A stretch of DNA of 64,000 nucleotides from Gemmatimonadota bacterium (lineage in GTDB: Bacteria > Gemmatimonadota > Gemmatimonadetes > Gemmatimonadales > GWC2-71-9). The stretch spans positions 58,504 through 122,503 of the forward strand of contig JAZDCY010000015.1 of assembly GCA_036679645.1 (NCBI GenBank). Direction: 5' to 3'. Below the pieces are notes generated by a model that ran no database searches, was not told the origin of the DNA, and worked only from the letters and a program-made list of their open reading frames with translations. A program made the translations under genes and the position numbers. This document shows, piece by piece, positions 28,316 to 38,163 of the stretch. How positions within the stretch are numbered: the stretch's first letter is position 1; each line of letters starts with the position of its first letter.

Positions 28316-30336
28316 GACTCATCACTCCGGCGTATCGGCATCATCGTTGGCTCGCAGCAACTCTCACACTGGGTTTGTTTGCCGCGCCGCTCAGCGCTCA
28401 GGATCCGGGTGGTCTCTTTTCCGCGGAGCAGGCGGCGCGCGGGGAGGGCATCTATCGGGCGGAGTGCAGCGTGTGTCACGGTGGAGACTTGGCCGGGGCC
28501 GCGGCGCCGGCGTTGACGGGCGATTTGTTCCAGCGCGCGTGGGCGCGGCCCAATCGTACGCTCGACGATCTCTTCTACATTGTGCGGACGACGATGCCGC
28601 CCGGACAGACGGAACGACTCACGGATCAGCAGCACATCGATGTGTTGGCGTACGTGCTCCAGCAGAACGGCGTGCCGACAGGGGGCCCGGAACTCCCGAC
28701 CACATCCGAGGTTCTTTCGGCGGTGCGCCTTGCGGATCACCTGGGAATGACGACCCGCACCGTGACACGGGCACCGGCATTCCTGGAAGGACCCAACGGA
28801 CTCGTGCCGACGGCCGACGGGCCATCGCAGCAGGACCTGAATGCGGCGGGAGACAATACGCGAGACTGGCTCTATCAGACACACGACTACACCGGGCGCC
28901 GCTTCGTCTCGCTCACGCAGATCAATCGCGACAACGTCGGCGAGCTGAAGCTGGTGTGCGCGTATCAGATGGGTGACATCGCCAACTTCCAGACGAACCC
29001 CATTATCGATCGCGGCGTGATGTACCTGACCACGCCTCATGTCACGGTCGCGCTCGACGCGACGACCTGCCGTCCGAAATGGCGACACCAGTGGGAGGCA
29101 CAGGATCGGGATGTCTGGTTGAACAACCGCGGCGTCGCCGTCAAGGACGGTCGCGTGGTGCGTGCCACGTCAGACGGGTACCTCTTCGCGCTCGATGCGG
29201 CGACCAGTGGGTTGCTCTGGGCGCGGCACGTGGCTTCCGCGGATCTCGGCGAGACCTTCACGATGGCCCCGCTGATCTATGAGGACCTGATCGTCATTGG
29301 CCCGGCCGGTAGTGAGAACGCGGTGCGGGGGTGGGTCGGCGCGTTCCGACTGCATGACGGCATGCCGGTCTGGCGCTTCAACACAGTGCCCGCTCCCGGC
29401 GAGCCGGGCTCGGAGACCTGGGACTACCCTCCCGACATTCCGGTCGGAGGCGGTGCCGTATGGACGCCGTTCACGCTCGATCGCGACCGCGGGCTGGTCC
29501 ACGTGGCGGTCACGAACCCCGCACCGGACTTCCCGGCCGCATTGCGTGGCGGTGACAACCTCTACACCAACGCCATGGTCGCGCTCGACGTGCGCACCGG
29601 CCGACTCGCGTGGTACGACCAGCTCGTTCCCGCCGACGACCACGATTGGGATCTCACCCATGTGGGCCCGCTCTATCGTGCGGAAGTCAATGGCGTCGCG
29701 CGCGACCTGATGGCCACTGTGGGCAAGGACGGTATTCTGCGCGTGCTCGATCGCGAGACCCACGAGCGGCTGTTCGAGACACCGGTCACGACCATCGACA
29801 ACGCCGAAGCGCCGGTGACCACCGCGGGCACGCACGCTTGCCCGGGCATTCTCGGTGGTGTGGAGTGGAATGGTCCCGCCTACAATCCCGAGACAAACAT
29901 GCTCTACACACCAGCCGTGGACTGGTGCGGTACGTTCACGCTCGCGGACACCGTGCGGTACATCGAAGGCGAGAACTACCTAGGCGGCGAGTTTCAGTTC
30001 GACGATGCTTCACAGGGATGGGTCACAGCGGTCGATGCGTCGGACGGGTCGGTGCGCTGGCGATATCGCTCCGATCGGCCGATGGTAGCAGCGGTCACGA
30101 CGACAGCCGGCGGGCTCGTCATGACCGGAGAGCTCAACGGTGACTTCCTGGTGCTCGACGCGGCCACGGGCGACGAGCTGTATCGCTTCTACACGGGCGG
30201 ACCGATCGGCGGCGGGATTGCAACCTACGCGATCGGCGGCAAGCAGTACGTCGCGGTGATGTCGGGAATACCGTCGTCGTTCTGGGTGGACGAACACGCG
30301 GGCGCGCCAACGGCGTTCGTGTTTGCGCTTCCCTGA
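28312..30336 (+). CDS. Secreted PQQ-dependent dehydrogenase with N-terminal cytochrome c domain
   Basis: Signal peptide; CSVCH heme motif with later MPP ligand; PQQ propeller motifs (FQTNPII, ALDA.T..LLW, CPGILGGVEW, GKQYVAV). Confidence 0.88.
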   Translation: MRLITPAYRHHRWLAATLTLGLFAAPLSAQDPGGLFSAEQAARGEGIYRAECSVCHGGDLAGAAAPALTGDLFQRAWARPNRTLDDLFYIVRTTMPPGQTERLTDQQHIDVLAYVLQQNGVPTGGPELPTTSEVLSAVRLADHLGMTTRTVTRAPAFLEGPNGLVPTADGPSQQDLNAAGDNTRDWLYQTHDYTGRRFVSLTQINRDNVGELKLVCAYQMGDIANFQTNPIIDRGVMYLTTPHVTVALDATTCRPKWRHQWEAQDRDVWLNNRGVAVKDGRVVRATSDGYLFALDAATSGLLWARHVASADLGETFTMAPLIYEDLIVIGPAGSENAVRGWVGAFRLHDGMPVWRFNTVPAPGEPGSETWDYPPDIPVGGGAVWTPFTLDRDRGLVHVAVTNPAPDFPAALRGGDNLYTNAMVALDVRTGRLAWYDQLVPADDHDWDLTHVGPLYRAEVNGVARDLMATVGKDGILRVLDRETHERLFETPVTTIDNAEAPVTTAGTHACPGILGGVEWNGPAYNPETNMLYTPAVDWCGTFTLADTVRYIEGENYLGGEFQFDDASQGWVTAVDASDGSVRWRYRSDRPMVAAVTTTAGGLVMTGELNGDFLVLDAATGDELYRFYTGGPIGGGIATYAIGGKQYVAVMSGIPSSFWVDEHAGAPTAFVFALP

Positions 30337-30354
30337 GAAGAAGCCTCGCGTCCG

Positions 30355-30858
30355 TCAGCCACGGTAGTTACCGAAGTTCAGCTCAACGCCGTATTCCTGT
30401 GTCTTGAGAAACTCGATGACCTCCTGGAGCGTATCGCGCGACGGGCTCGTCACCCGCACCTCGTCGCCCTGAATTGCCGCCTGCGTCTTCTTGAGTCCTT
30501 GTGCCTTGATGTCCTTCACGATTGCCCGGGCCGTATCCGTCGGCAGCCCTTGTGTCAGGGTCACGTGTCGACGCACTCGGCCGCCCGACGCGGGCTCGTC
30601 CTCGCCGGCCGTCACGTTCTGGAGCGGCACCTTGCGCCGGATCATCTTGTTCTGGATCACGTCCCACAGGGCGTTCATGCGGAACTCGTCGTCGGCCTCG
30701 AGAGTGATCACCGCCTTGACCCGGTCGAACTCGACAATGCACTTGCTGCCCTTGAAGTCGTAGCGCTGCCGCACCTCCTGGCGCGCCTGGTTGAGCGCGT
30801 TATCGACCTCCTGGAGATCGGCGCCTGTGGACACGTCGAACGACTGCTGCCCGGCCAT
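30355..30858 (-). CDS. yajQ: YajQ-family cyclic di-GMP/nucleotide-binding protein
   Basis: SFDVS..DLQEVDNALNQA..RYDFKGS, AIQGDEVRV, LNFGNYR; GGAGG RBS before ATG. Confidence 0.95.
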   Translation of the reverse strand: MAGQQSFDVSTGADLQEVDNALNQARQEVRQRYDFKGSKCIVEFDRVKAVITLEADDEFRMNALWDVIQNKMIRRKVPLQNVTAGEDEPASGGRVRRHVTLTQGLPTDTARAIVKDIKAQGLKKTQAAIQGDEVRVTSPSRDTLQEVIEFLKTQEYGVELNFGNYRG

Positions 30859-30959
30859 GCGGTATCCTCCATTACGTGGAATAGGTGGATGCGCCAAGGT
30901 GCAACATAGTGATCCTCTCTATGCTTGCATCTGTATTACAAAAGACTACATTGTAACAC

Positions 30960-31241
30960 ATGAAGACATCTCACGTTACCTTGCGTCTCCCCCGTGAGCT
31001 GGCGCGGGCGCTGACGCGCTGGGCCCGGGAGCGCGGCGTGGCCAAGTCGCACGTCGTGCGCGAGGCCGTGACCGCCTATTTGAACGCCGGGCCGGCTGCG
31101 ACTCCGCGCCAGCTAACCGCCGCCGCACTGACTGAGCGATGGCCCGAGCTTCCGCGTCTCACGCCGAAGGAGGCCGATGCGTTGGCCGACGATGTTGCCG
31201 CCGCCCGTGACGCCTTGCCGGCTCCCGGCTCATGGGAATAG
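30960..31241 (+). CDS. CopG/RHH antitoxin
   Basis: Paralog of 27612..27893; TTGCAT-16-TACATT promoter ending 7 nt before ATG. Confidence 0.85.
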   Translation: MKTSHVTLRLPRELARALTRWARERGVAKSHVVREAVTAYLNAGPAATPRQLTAAALTERWPELPRLTPKEADALADDVAAARDALPAPGSWE

Positions 31242-31654
31242 TCGTTGACACCTCGCTGCTGGTCGCCGCCGAGCGGGGAACGGTGCGTTTCGAGGACTTC
31301 CTGCGTTCACTTGGGGCGGAGACGATCGGTATGGCCGCAATCACCGCCTCAGAACTGCTCCATGGATGCCACCGCGCGACCGATCCCGGTATCCGGGCGC
31401 GGCGCTCGGCGTTTGTGGACGCGCTGCTCGAGACGATCCCTGTATTGGCGTTCGGGATGGCGGAGGCGCGCCGGCACGCTCAACTCTGGGCTGACCTGGC
31501 GCGGGAGGGGATGGTAATTGGACCGCACGACATGCTGATCGGTGCGACGGCCCTGGCGCGGGGAGACGCGGTTGGCACGCTCAACCGGCGTGAGTTCGCC
31601 CGGATTGCCGGCTTGCGTCTGGCTCCGGTGGAGCGGTTCCGCTCAGGGAGCTGA
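31232..31654 (+). CDS. vapC: PIN-domain toxin (VapC-like)
   Basis: Close paralog of 27884..28315. Confidence 0.9.
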   Translation: MGIVVDTSLLVAAERGTVRFEDFLRSLGAETIGMAAITASELLHGCHRATDPGIRARRSAFVDALLETIPVLAFGMAEARRHAQLWADLAREGMVIGPHDMLIGATALARGDAVGTLNRREFARIAGLRLAPVERFRSGS

Positions 31655-31872
31655 ACGCGTAATTACTCTCCCCCCCTTCATTACGAACCGAACTCTTCGC
31701 AGCGCGGAGATATCCATCGTCGGATCACCCTCGACCGCAATCAGGTCTGCCAGAAACCCCTCCACGACTCGACCGCGGTCGTCGAGCCCGAAGATCATTG
31801 CGTTGCCCGACGTCGCCGCCACGACAGCACCCGCGGCCGACATGCCGTACTCCACCATCAACTCCAGCTCCC
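31643..31872 (-). pseudogene. Duplicated 3' fragment of amidohydrolase gene
   Basis: ELELMVEYGMS..ADLIAVEGDPTMDISALRRVRFVMKGG matches the C-terminus of the gene at 39894. Confidence 0.85.
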
Positions 31873-31905
31873 CCTCGATCGTGACACCCGCCTCTTGCGC
31901 ATTCC

Positions 31906-31920
31906 GGGGGGGGGGGGGGG
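31906..31920. repeat. Poly-G homopolymer (G15)
   Basis: Fifteen consecutive G upstream of ORF 31956. Confidence 0.9.
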
Positions 31921-31955
31921 CAGATTATTGCGTATCCTAGGTCGAATGTGCAGCG

Positions 31956-32726
31956 ATGGTGTACGCGGGCTCAAGTGCGTTTAGCACGGCGAGTGGAGGA
32001 GCGCCCCCTTGGCGACGAGAGCGTCTCCTGACGCCACCATACGGGGAGTTCATACCCGTTCGGGATCAAGCTCCGCCGCTCGGCACGATCATTTGTGCGG
32101 ATGCAACGCAGGACAAAGGCACCGAACTCGCCTCAATCTGTAGTCTAATCAGGGCGCGTCTGCTGTGGCCTTGGTGCGTCCCGTGTCTCCTGGCTAGAGA
32201 GCGATCTGAGCTTGTCGATTTTGTTGTTGACGTCGTGCCCTGCGTGCGAGGATGCGTCGCATTGAGCATTGAACCTCCGTGGCGTCACCCAAGCCGGGCC
32301 CATGTACTTGCCGCAGTGCGTGCTCGGGAGGCCCCATCAGCCGAAACCTTGGCTGGCTACGTGTCACGCCGCGTCCGACGCGACGACCTGCTTGACCCGT
32401 TGTCCAGACAGTTTCGTTGGGCGGTGGACGGGGTGCCCGACACGAGCCGCAGTCTATCTACGTACAGCAGGCTGTTCTCACGGGTTGGGTGTTTCACGGC
32501 TCGTGACTGGCGCACGCTGGCCCAAATGGCCTTGCTTGCGGGTGGCCGCGCCCACGGCTCCCCTGCTCCAGTCGAACCGAGAACGATCGATGCACGCGCG
32601 CGGCGCTTGCTCCGCCGCTCTTGGAGGAGCGTTTCCGCGTTGGCAGGATGGGAATGGGTTCTTGAACTGGCTCTACGAGTGGGCGGATACGTCTCCGATC
32701 CCGCCAACTCCATCAGGGGATCATGA
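31956..32726 (+). CDS. Hypothetical protein, possibly degenerate AraC/HTH-like regulator
   Basis: 256-aa ORF filling the gap; SRSLSTYSRLFSRVG..ARDW resembles an AraC-type HTH segment (weak). Confidence 0.45.
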   Translation: MVYAGSSAFSTASGGAPPWRRERLLTPPYGEFIPVRDQAPPLGTIICADATQDKGTELASICSLIRARLLWPWCVPCLLARERSELVDFVVDVVPCVRGCVALSIEPPWRHPSRAHVLAAVRAREAPSAETLAGYVSRRVRRDDLLDPLSRQFRWAVDGVPDTSRSLSTYSRLFSRVGCFTARDWRTLAQMALLAGGRAHGSPAPVEPRTIDARARRLLRRSWRSVSALAGWEWVLELALRVGGYVSDPANSIRGS

Positions 32727-32865
32727 AGATACGGCTCGCTTACGGTCGATATTATCGAGACCAACCGCCTGATGGCCGGCCGACGCACAATCGATGATAA
32801 TCTGCTGGGACAGACGGGGTTGGCCGGAGAGCGCAATCCAACCGACCCCGTCAGCGGAGATCGAA

Positions 32866-33087
32866 CTAGCAGAGGCAGCGTGGGGGGATCGTAGTGGTGC
32901 AGAACGCGGGGCCGCCGCAACAGCTCACACAGTCGAATGTGAACTCACCTGGAGGACTGCAATTCACGCAACTGGCGCTTGCGCTCGAGGAGGTTACCGC
33001 GGCCTGGCCGGTGCCGAGCCCGAGACTGACGAGCACTCCGATCGCGACCGCTACCCGTAGCGCCCAACCGATCCGATGACGAAGCAT
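32866..33087 (-). CDS. Small secreted cysteine-rich peptide (defensin-like precursor)
   Basis: GGAGG RBS; basic+hydrophobic signal peptide; mature part with 8 Cys including CxxxC and terminal CxC. Confidence 0.75.
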   Translation of the reverse strand: MLRHRIGWALRVAVAIGVLVSLGLGTGQAAVTSSSASASCVNCSPPGEFTFDCVSCCGGPAFCTTTIPPRCLC

Positions 33088-33139
33088 GCTTTACCTCCGA
33101 GATAGGGAAAATGGGAACACGAGTACGACTCACACCGTT

Positions 33140-33733
33140 TCAGCCGCCGGCGAGTACTGCCAGAACTGAATCGACAGTGTGTGGCTCGGTAAGTTCACCG
33201 GCCCTGCCATACAAGACTTCTCCGTCCTGCCCGACGACGATCGTCATCGGGACGCCTATCGCTCTGTAGATCCCTGCTGTCCTTGCGTCTGGGAACTGCA
33301 GCACTGGAACCCCGATCTGGTGAGCGGACACGTAGCGTCGTGTGGCATCGGCAGAATCAAGTGAGATCCCATACACCGAGAGGGATGAATTGGGCTCTTG
33401 TCGGGCACGGTGAACGATTTCCTCCCAGTAGGGAAGGGTCTTGAGACAGTAGGGGCACTCGGTGTTGAAGATTAGGAGTAACTGACGTTCGCCCGGTGCG
33501 ACGTCCCCCACAGTCACGGAGTCACCGGCGAGCGTCAGGGATCGGAATGCCGGAACGACATGACCGGCATGTGGAATCCTGTTCTCGATTCGGAGACGTC
33601 TCACTTCCTGTTGCCATTGCGCGTTCTGCCGGGCGAGCACGACGATCAGGATTGACGCTGCCGCGAGTGCAGCGTAGCCGAGTGCCCCTACCACACGTTC
33701 CCGAACGGGCTTGCGAATATTCATCGTGTGCAA
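33140..33733 (-). CDS. TlpA/ResA-like membrane-anchored thioredoxin-fold protein
   Basis: N-terminal TM; LLIFNTECPYC motif; GISLD; cis-Pro GVPMTIVV..G; start may be 33724. Confidence 0.85.
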   Translation of the reverse strand: MHTMNIRKPVRERVVGALGYAALAAASILIVVLARQNAQWQQEVRRLRIENRIPHAGHVVPAFRSLTLAGDSVTVGDVAPGERQLLLIFNTECPYCLKTLPYWEEIVHRARQEPNSSLSVYGISLDSADATRRYVSAHQIGVPVLQFPDARTAGIYRAIGVPMTIVVGQDGEVLYGRAGELTEPHTVDSVLAVLAGG

Positions 33734-33953
33734 AAGATGTCACTGCACCCGCTTCCCGTACAACGCCCCACCTTGCAAACGTGCAACATCGAGAACATTG
33801 CACTTCTGCAAGGTTGTTGCTGACGGTGCGTGTTCGCTCTCGTGTAGCGGCACCCACAGACTACGCACGCTCGGCTCTATGCGCGCTCTTGGGCTGGTCG
33901 GGACGGCGGAATCTGTGTATGTTTTAGGTTGAGGGCATCGTGGAGGTCGGTCC

Positions 33954-35330
33954 ATGTGTCGCGCAGGAAGATTGTCACACGTGATTGATGCAACGTGCCG
34001 CCTGCGTCACAAAGCTTCGGTCATGCTTCTGGTGAGCGCGCTGCTGACCGCCTGCGAGCACGAGATTACCCTCCTCAAACCTCTGCCCACCGCTGCGAGC
34101 CCGGGTGACGGTGACTCGGCAGCGGTTGACTCCACCGCGGGCACTCTACAAAGGGCAACCCTGACGATCCGCACGCACTTGGCGCCGGGAGACGCGGCGT
34201 TGGCCGCGACGTTGGGGTTACCGGACGGGGTACTGCCGGAGGCGGCGGTCACCGTGAGTCGGGTGGGCACAGCAGCGAGCACCGTGCAGGGCACTACGGA
34301 CTCGGCGGGGGCTACGGAGTTCTCGGGATTGCTGGTGGGGCGCTACGACGTATCCGTTCTACGCCTCCTGTCCGCGGCCGAGCGCGCGCTACTGGATTCG
34401 AGTGACGCGGACGTTACGGGGTTTGCGGGCGGTGGGAGCGGGTCTGTGTCGGCCCCGAGCACCGAGTTCACAATCACGACGTCCGCAGGCCGGCGCGGGT
34501 CGCTCGTGATCAGTGAGTTGTTCCCGGCGATGCCGCGAATAGGGGACCAGGGCTACAACTTCGCGACATACATCGAACTCTATAACAACACGGACACGAC
34601 GATCTACCTGGATGGCAAGCTCATCGGCATGGGCCCGTTCTGGTTTCGTGATTTTGGGCAGACACAGAAGGGGTTCTTTCCCTGTTCCCTCACGGTCCAG
34701 TGGCAGGATGACCCTGACGGTCTGTGGGCGCCCATGCTCATCCGCCTGCCGGGGAACGGGACCAGCTACCCGCTGGGGCCTGGCTTGGCCGCCGTCGTGG
34801 CCAGTGACGCGATTGATCACAGTGTCGTGGATCGCCGGTTGCCGAACCTCACGACTGCAGCGTTCGAGTCGGTGGGGTCGGCTGACGTTGACAATCCGTC
34901 CGTGCCAAATGCGAGGACGATCGTGTTGGAGTTCCAAACCTTGGGGCGTGGCATGATGTTTTTTGGTGTCGGTGGCGGGATTCATTTCGTGGCGGATGCG
35001 GTGGACCTGAACACCGTTCCGTGGATGCGCCCGGGCAGCTACAACAATCGCATTCCGAGAATCCCACGCGCGAAGATCCTGGACGTGTTCGCGTCCTCCA
35101 TGACGCCCGCTCTCGAGGCTACCGAGGGAATGCAGACGCCGTTGTGCGATCGGTTCATCAACGAGGTGTTCGACCGCCAGCGCGCTGTGCTTTTCGATCC
35201 CGGGGAGATCGCGAGTATTCAGCGCAGGACAATCGGCCTGTTCGACGGGCGAGTCTTGCTCCAGCGAACGAAATCCAGCGCCGCCGACTTTATCTCGTCG
35301 CGATTGATCTCACCCGGTGTCGTTCGGTAG
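33954..35330 (+). CDS. DUF4876-like lipoprotein
   Basis: Lipobox ALLTAC; LVISELF, YIELYNNTDTTIYLDG, DAIDHS, DNPSVPN, LQRTKSSAADF resemble DUF4876. Confidence 0.72.
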   Translation: MCRAGRLSHVIDATCRLRHKASVMLLVSALLTACEHEITLLKPLPTAASPGDGDSAAVDSTAGTLQRATLTIRTHLAPGDAALAATLGLPDGVLPEAAVTVSRVGTAASTVQGTTDSAGATEFSGLLVGRYDVSVLRLLSAAERALLDSSDADVTGFAGGGSGSVSAPSTEFTITTSAGRRGSLVISELFPAMPRIGDQGYNFATYIELYNNTDTTIYLDGKLIGMGPFWFRDFGQTQKGFFPCSLTVQWQDDPDGLWAPMLIRLPGNGTSYPLGPGLAAVVASDAIDHSVVDRRLPNLTTAAFESVGSADVDNPSVPNARTIVLEFQTLGRGMMFFGVGGGIHFVADAVDLNTVPWMRPGSYNNRIPRIPRAKILDVFASSMTPALEATEGMQTPLCDRFINEVFDRQRAVLFDPGEIASIQRRTIGLFDGRVLLQRTKSSAADFISSRLISPGVVR

Positions 35331-38163
35331 CGTTCCTCAGGTTTTTTCCCGGGGCGGACTGCTTCTCGCCTGCCTAGCCCTGTTCTGGACGACTGCCAGG
35401 GGTCAGGAGCGACCGGAAACGGGTCGCATCGCTGGACGCGTCACGCTCGCCGACGGGATGCCTGTGCCGGGGGCGATTGTCACAGTGGAAGGGACGGATC
35501 TCCGCGTGACAACCGACACCGCCGGGCGCTTTCACCTCATGCGTGTTCCAGCCGGTCCTCACGTCCTGCTCGTGCGGCGGCTCGGCTACGCACCTGCGCG
35601 CATTGGCGTCACTCTCCCTGCCGGTGGCTTGGTCACGGTAAAGGTGACCCTGGCACGGAACTGGCTTAACATGCCCCAGATCGTCGTCACCGCCGACCCG
35701 ACGGGAAGGGCACGCGGAGAACTCGGCACTGCCACCGTAATTAACCGGGATGCGATCGAGCATCAAACCGCAACGAGCCTTCAGGGCATTCTCGAACTTG
35801 TGCCCGGGGTCCCGCTTCAACCTCCCGGACTTGCCACCGTTCAGCAGATCCCGCTCCGCAGCGTGCCCACCAGCACGCCCGCTTCGCTCGTGGCCGGTGG
35901 ACCATCCGCGGCGGAGCTAGCAGCGTTCGGGACACTAATCGTTCTCGACGGGGTGCCGCTCTCGAACAATGCCAATCTCCAGACTACCGGGCCCCGTGGC
36001 GAGTTAGGGTCGTTTCTCCCAACAGGCGGGACCGGAGGCGTCGATCTACGGCTGATTCCGGCCTCGACCATTGAGCGTGTCGAGGTCATTCGCGGCGTTC
36101 CATCCGCGCGATACGGCGATCTCAGCCAGGGCGTGATCGTCGTCGACACGCGCGCTGCTTCGGTGGAGCCGGCGACGGGCGGGCGAGTCGATCCCAGGAC
36201 GATCGAAGGGAACGCGATCTACGGCAGTGCGGTTGGTGTCGCGCAGCGGCTGACGACGAGCCTGGATGTGGCGCGTACCCGGCTCCAGCCCGGTCTCACG
36301 GCCGACGCCGCGACGCGTGTCGCGGCACGGGTGGCGCACCGCCTGCGCATCGGGCGGTCTGACGGGCCGGTAGAGTCTGCGCCGCTTGCACTCGACACGC
36401 GCCTCGACTTGGTGAGCTTGGTAGCGGATAATCCGGAACGCCCGGCCGTGTTCCCGGGGCGCGCCTCGTTTGGACGCGACCTCGGGTTACGGCTCTCCGA
36501 GCGGCTCCGGGTCGCCCTACGGGGTGGTAACAGCGCCACCGCGACGCTCTCGGCGAGCTATACACAGCAACGATCGAGGGTTCAGGCGTTGCGACTACGT
36601 GGCGCGCTGCCGTTCACCGACAGGGTGACTGAAGGGACATCCGTCGGACGGTTCGTCGAGGGGCAGTACCTGTCTCAGTTGCGGATCGAGGGTGATGCGT
36701 GGTTCCTCTACGGCCGATTGGAGGGAGACTTCCACGCGCATGTGCTCGGGGTGGATCACCGTTTCGTGACCGGAGGGGAACTGCGACGGGAGTGGAACGC
36801 CGGCGCCGGGTTGATGTTCGACATTGAGAGACCGCCGCAGGTGACCTTCAACGGCGTCCAAGGATTTGACCGCCCTCGCCGCTTCGATGTCATCCCACCG
36901 GTGGCGACGAGCACGCTCTACGCTGATGACCGACTGTTGCTTTCCGTGCTGGGGATGACGCTCGAGACACAGGTGGGGTTGCGTCTGGACCTTCTCCATT
37001 CCGGTACCCACTGGTTTTCCGACGTTCGGCACGCAGTGCTCCAGCCTCGCGTCAACCTCCAGCTCAGTCCGTGGCCCTGGATTCGGCTTCGTGGCGGCTT
37101 CGGTCGGACGGCCAAAACGCCGGCGGTTGGTAGCCTCTATCCTGCCCGGCAGTACTACGACGTCGTGAACGTGAACTGGTTTGCCAACGATCCCGCCGAA
37201 CGTCTCGCCGTCCTGACGACGTTTATCAGGGATCCTACGAACTTCGGACTGGGGTTCGCAGTCGCGCGCAAGCAGGAGGCAGGACTGGAGATGGGCACCG
37301 GATCCCGTGGCCTGGCTCTCTCCGTCCTGGCGTTCAATGACCGTACGTCTGGCGGGGTGGGCTTCCGGTCGGTTCCTGGTTTCCTCGTTAGAGATCTGTA
37401 CGATCTTGCCGATTCAACGTCGGGAACAGGCAAACCACCGTCGCTGATCGAGCCGCTCACTCGAGCGGACACTGTTCCGATTCTCCTCGGCCGGCCGGAC
37501 AACGTCCTGACGCTCGACAGCCGGGGGCTCGAGGCTACGCTCGCCATTCCGGAGATCAGACTGCTCCACATCCGCCTGCACGTGCAGGCAACGTGGGTGC
37601 AAACGGAGTTCCGGGATGAGGGACTCGATTTCGGAGCAGCCTTTTCAGACTTTCAGATCGCCGGGAGCCAGCCGAGAGCACCGTTCTGGGAAGGTATCAA
37701 CCGAACCAGCGAACGCGCGCTCATCACGTACCGGCTCGTCTACCACCGCCCAGACCTCGGCTTCGTGGTGACGGCTGTTGTTGAGCATATCGCGAAGGAG
37801 GTAACCGAGGATATTGCGGGTGTGGACCCGTTGAGCTTTGCGGGCTACGTCACCCGGACGGGGGACCTCGTTCCGGTACCTCGAGCCGAGCGGGGCAACC
37901 CGGAGTTTGCGGATCTCCAAGTCGCGCGTTCCGGCGTTACGACTGCGCGCCAGTCGACTCCCGCTGATTGGTTCCTCTCCCTTCAGGTGAGCAAGTCGCT
38001 TCCTTTCGGAGGCCGACTCGGCTTCTACGCGTTCAACCTGCTGGACCGGCAAGGGCGCATTACGGGTCCGCTCTCCGCGCGCGTCTTTCCCCGTCTGCAA
38101 TTCGGTCTCGAGGTGATGATGCCGCTCGGGGCAGTTTTCGGGCTGAGCGAGCCACGCCCGTGA
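35317..38163 (+). CDS. TonB-dependent receptor with N-terminal carboxypeptidase-regulatory-like domain
   Basis: Signal peptide; GRIAGRV..PVPGAIV; plug LDGVPLSNNANLQ..IERVEVIRGVPSARYGDL; barrel LQPRVNL. Confidence 0.9.
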   Translation: MSFGSVPQVFSRGGLLLACLALFWTTARGQERPETGRIAGRVTLADGMPVPGAIVTVEGTDLRVTTDTAGRFHLMRVPAGPHVLLVRRLGYAPARIGVTLPAGGLVTVKVTLARNWLNMPQIVVTADPTGRARGELGTATVINRDAIEHQTATSLQGILELVPGVPLQPPGLATVQQIPLRSVPTSTPASLVAGGPSAAELAAFGTLIVLDGVPLSNNANLQTTGPRGELGSFLPTGGTGGVDLRLIPASTIERVEVIRGVPSARYGDLSQGVIVVDTRAASVEPATGGRVDPRTIEGNAIYGSAVGVAQRLTTSLDVARTRLQPGLTADAATRVAARVAHRLRIGRSDGPVESAPLALDTRLDLVSLVADNPERPAVFPGRASFGRDLGLRLSERLRVALRGGNSATATLSASYTQQRSRVQALRLRGALPFTDRVTEGTSVGRFVEGQYLSQLRIEGDAWFLYGRLEGDFHAHVLGVDHRFVTGGELRREWNAGAGLMFDIERPPQVTFNGVQGFDRPRRFDVIPPVATSTLYADDRLLLSVLGMTLETQVGLRLDLLHSGTHWFSDVRHAVLQPRVNLQLSPWPWIRLRGGFGRTAKTPAVGSLYPARQYYDVVNVNWFANDPAERLAVLTTFIRDPTNFGLGFAVARKQEAGLEMGTGSRGLALSVLAFNDRTSGGVGFRSVPGFLVRDLYDLADSTSGTGKPPSLIEPLTRADTVPILLGRPDNVLTLDSRGLEATLAIPEIRLLHIRLHVQATWVQTEFRDEGLDFGAAFSDFQIAGSQPRAPFWEGINRTSERALITYRLVYHRPDLGFVVTAVVEHIAKEVTEDIAGVDPLSFAGYVTRTGDLVPVPRAERGNPEFADLQVARSGVTTARQSTPADWFLSLQVSKSLPFGGRLGFYAFNLLDRQGRITGPLSARVFPRLQFGLEVMMPLGAVFGLSEPRP

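Noticed and set aside
32866..33087. Cys-rich peptide as a radical-SAM, lanthipeptide or YcaO RiPP precursor
   Set aside because: No modifying enzyme or peptidase-ABC transporter nearby; it has a Sec-type signal peptide and a redoxin neighbour instead
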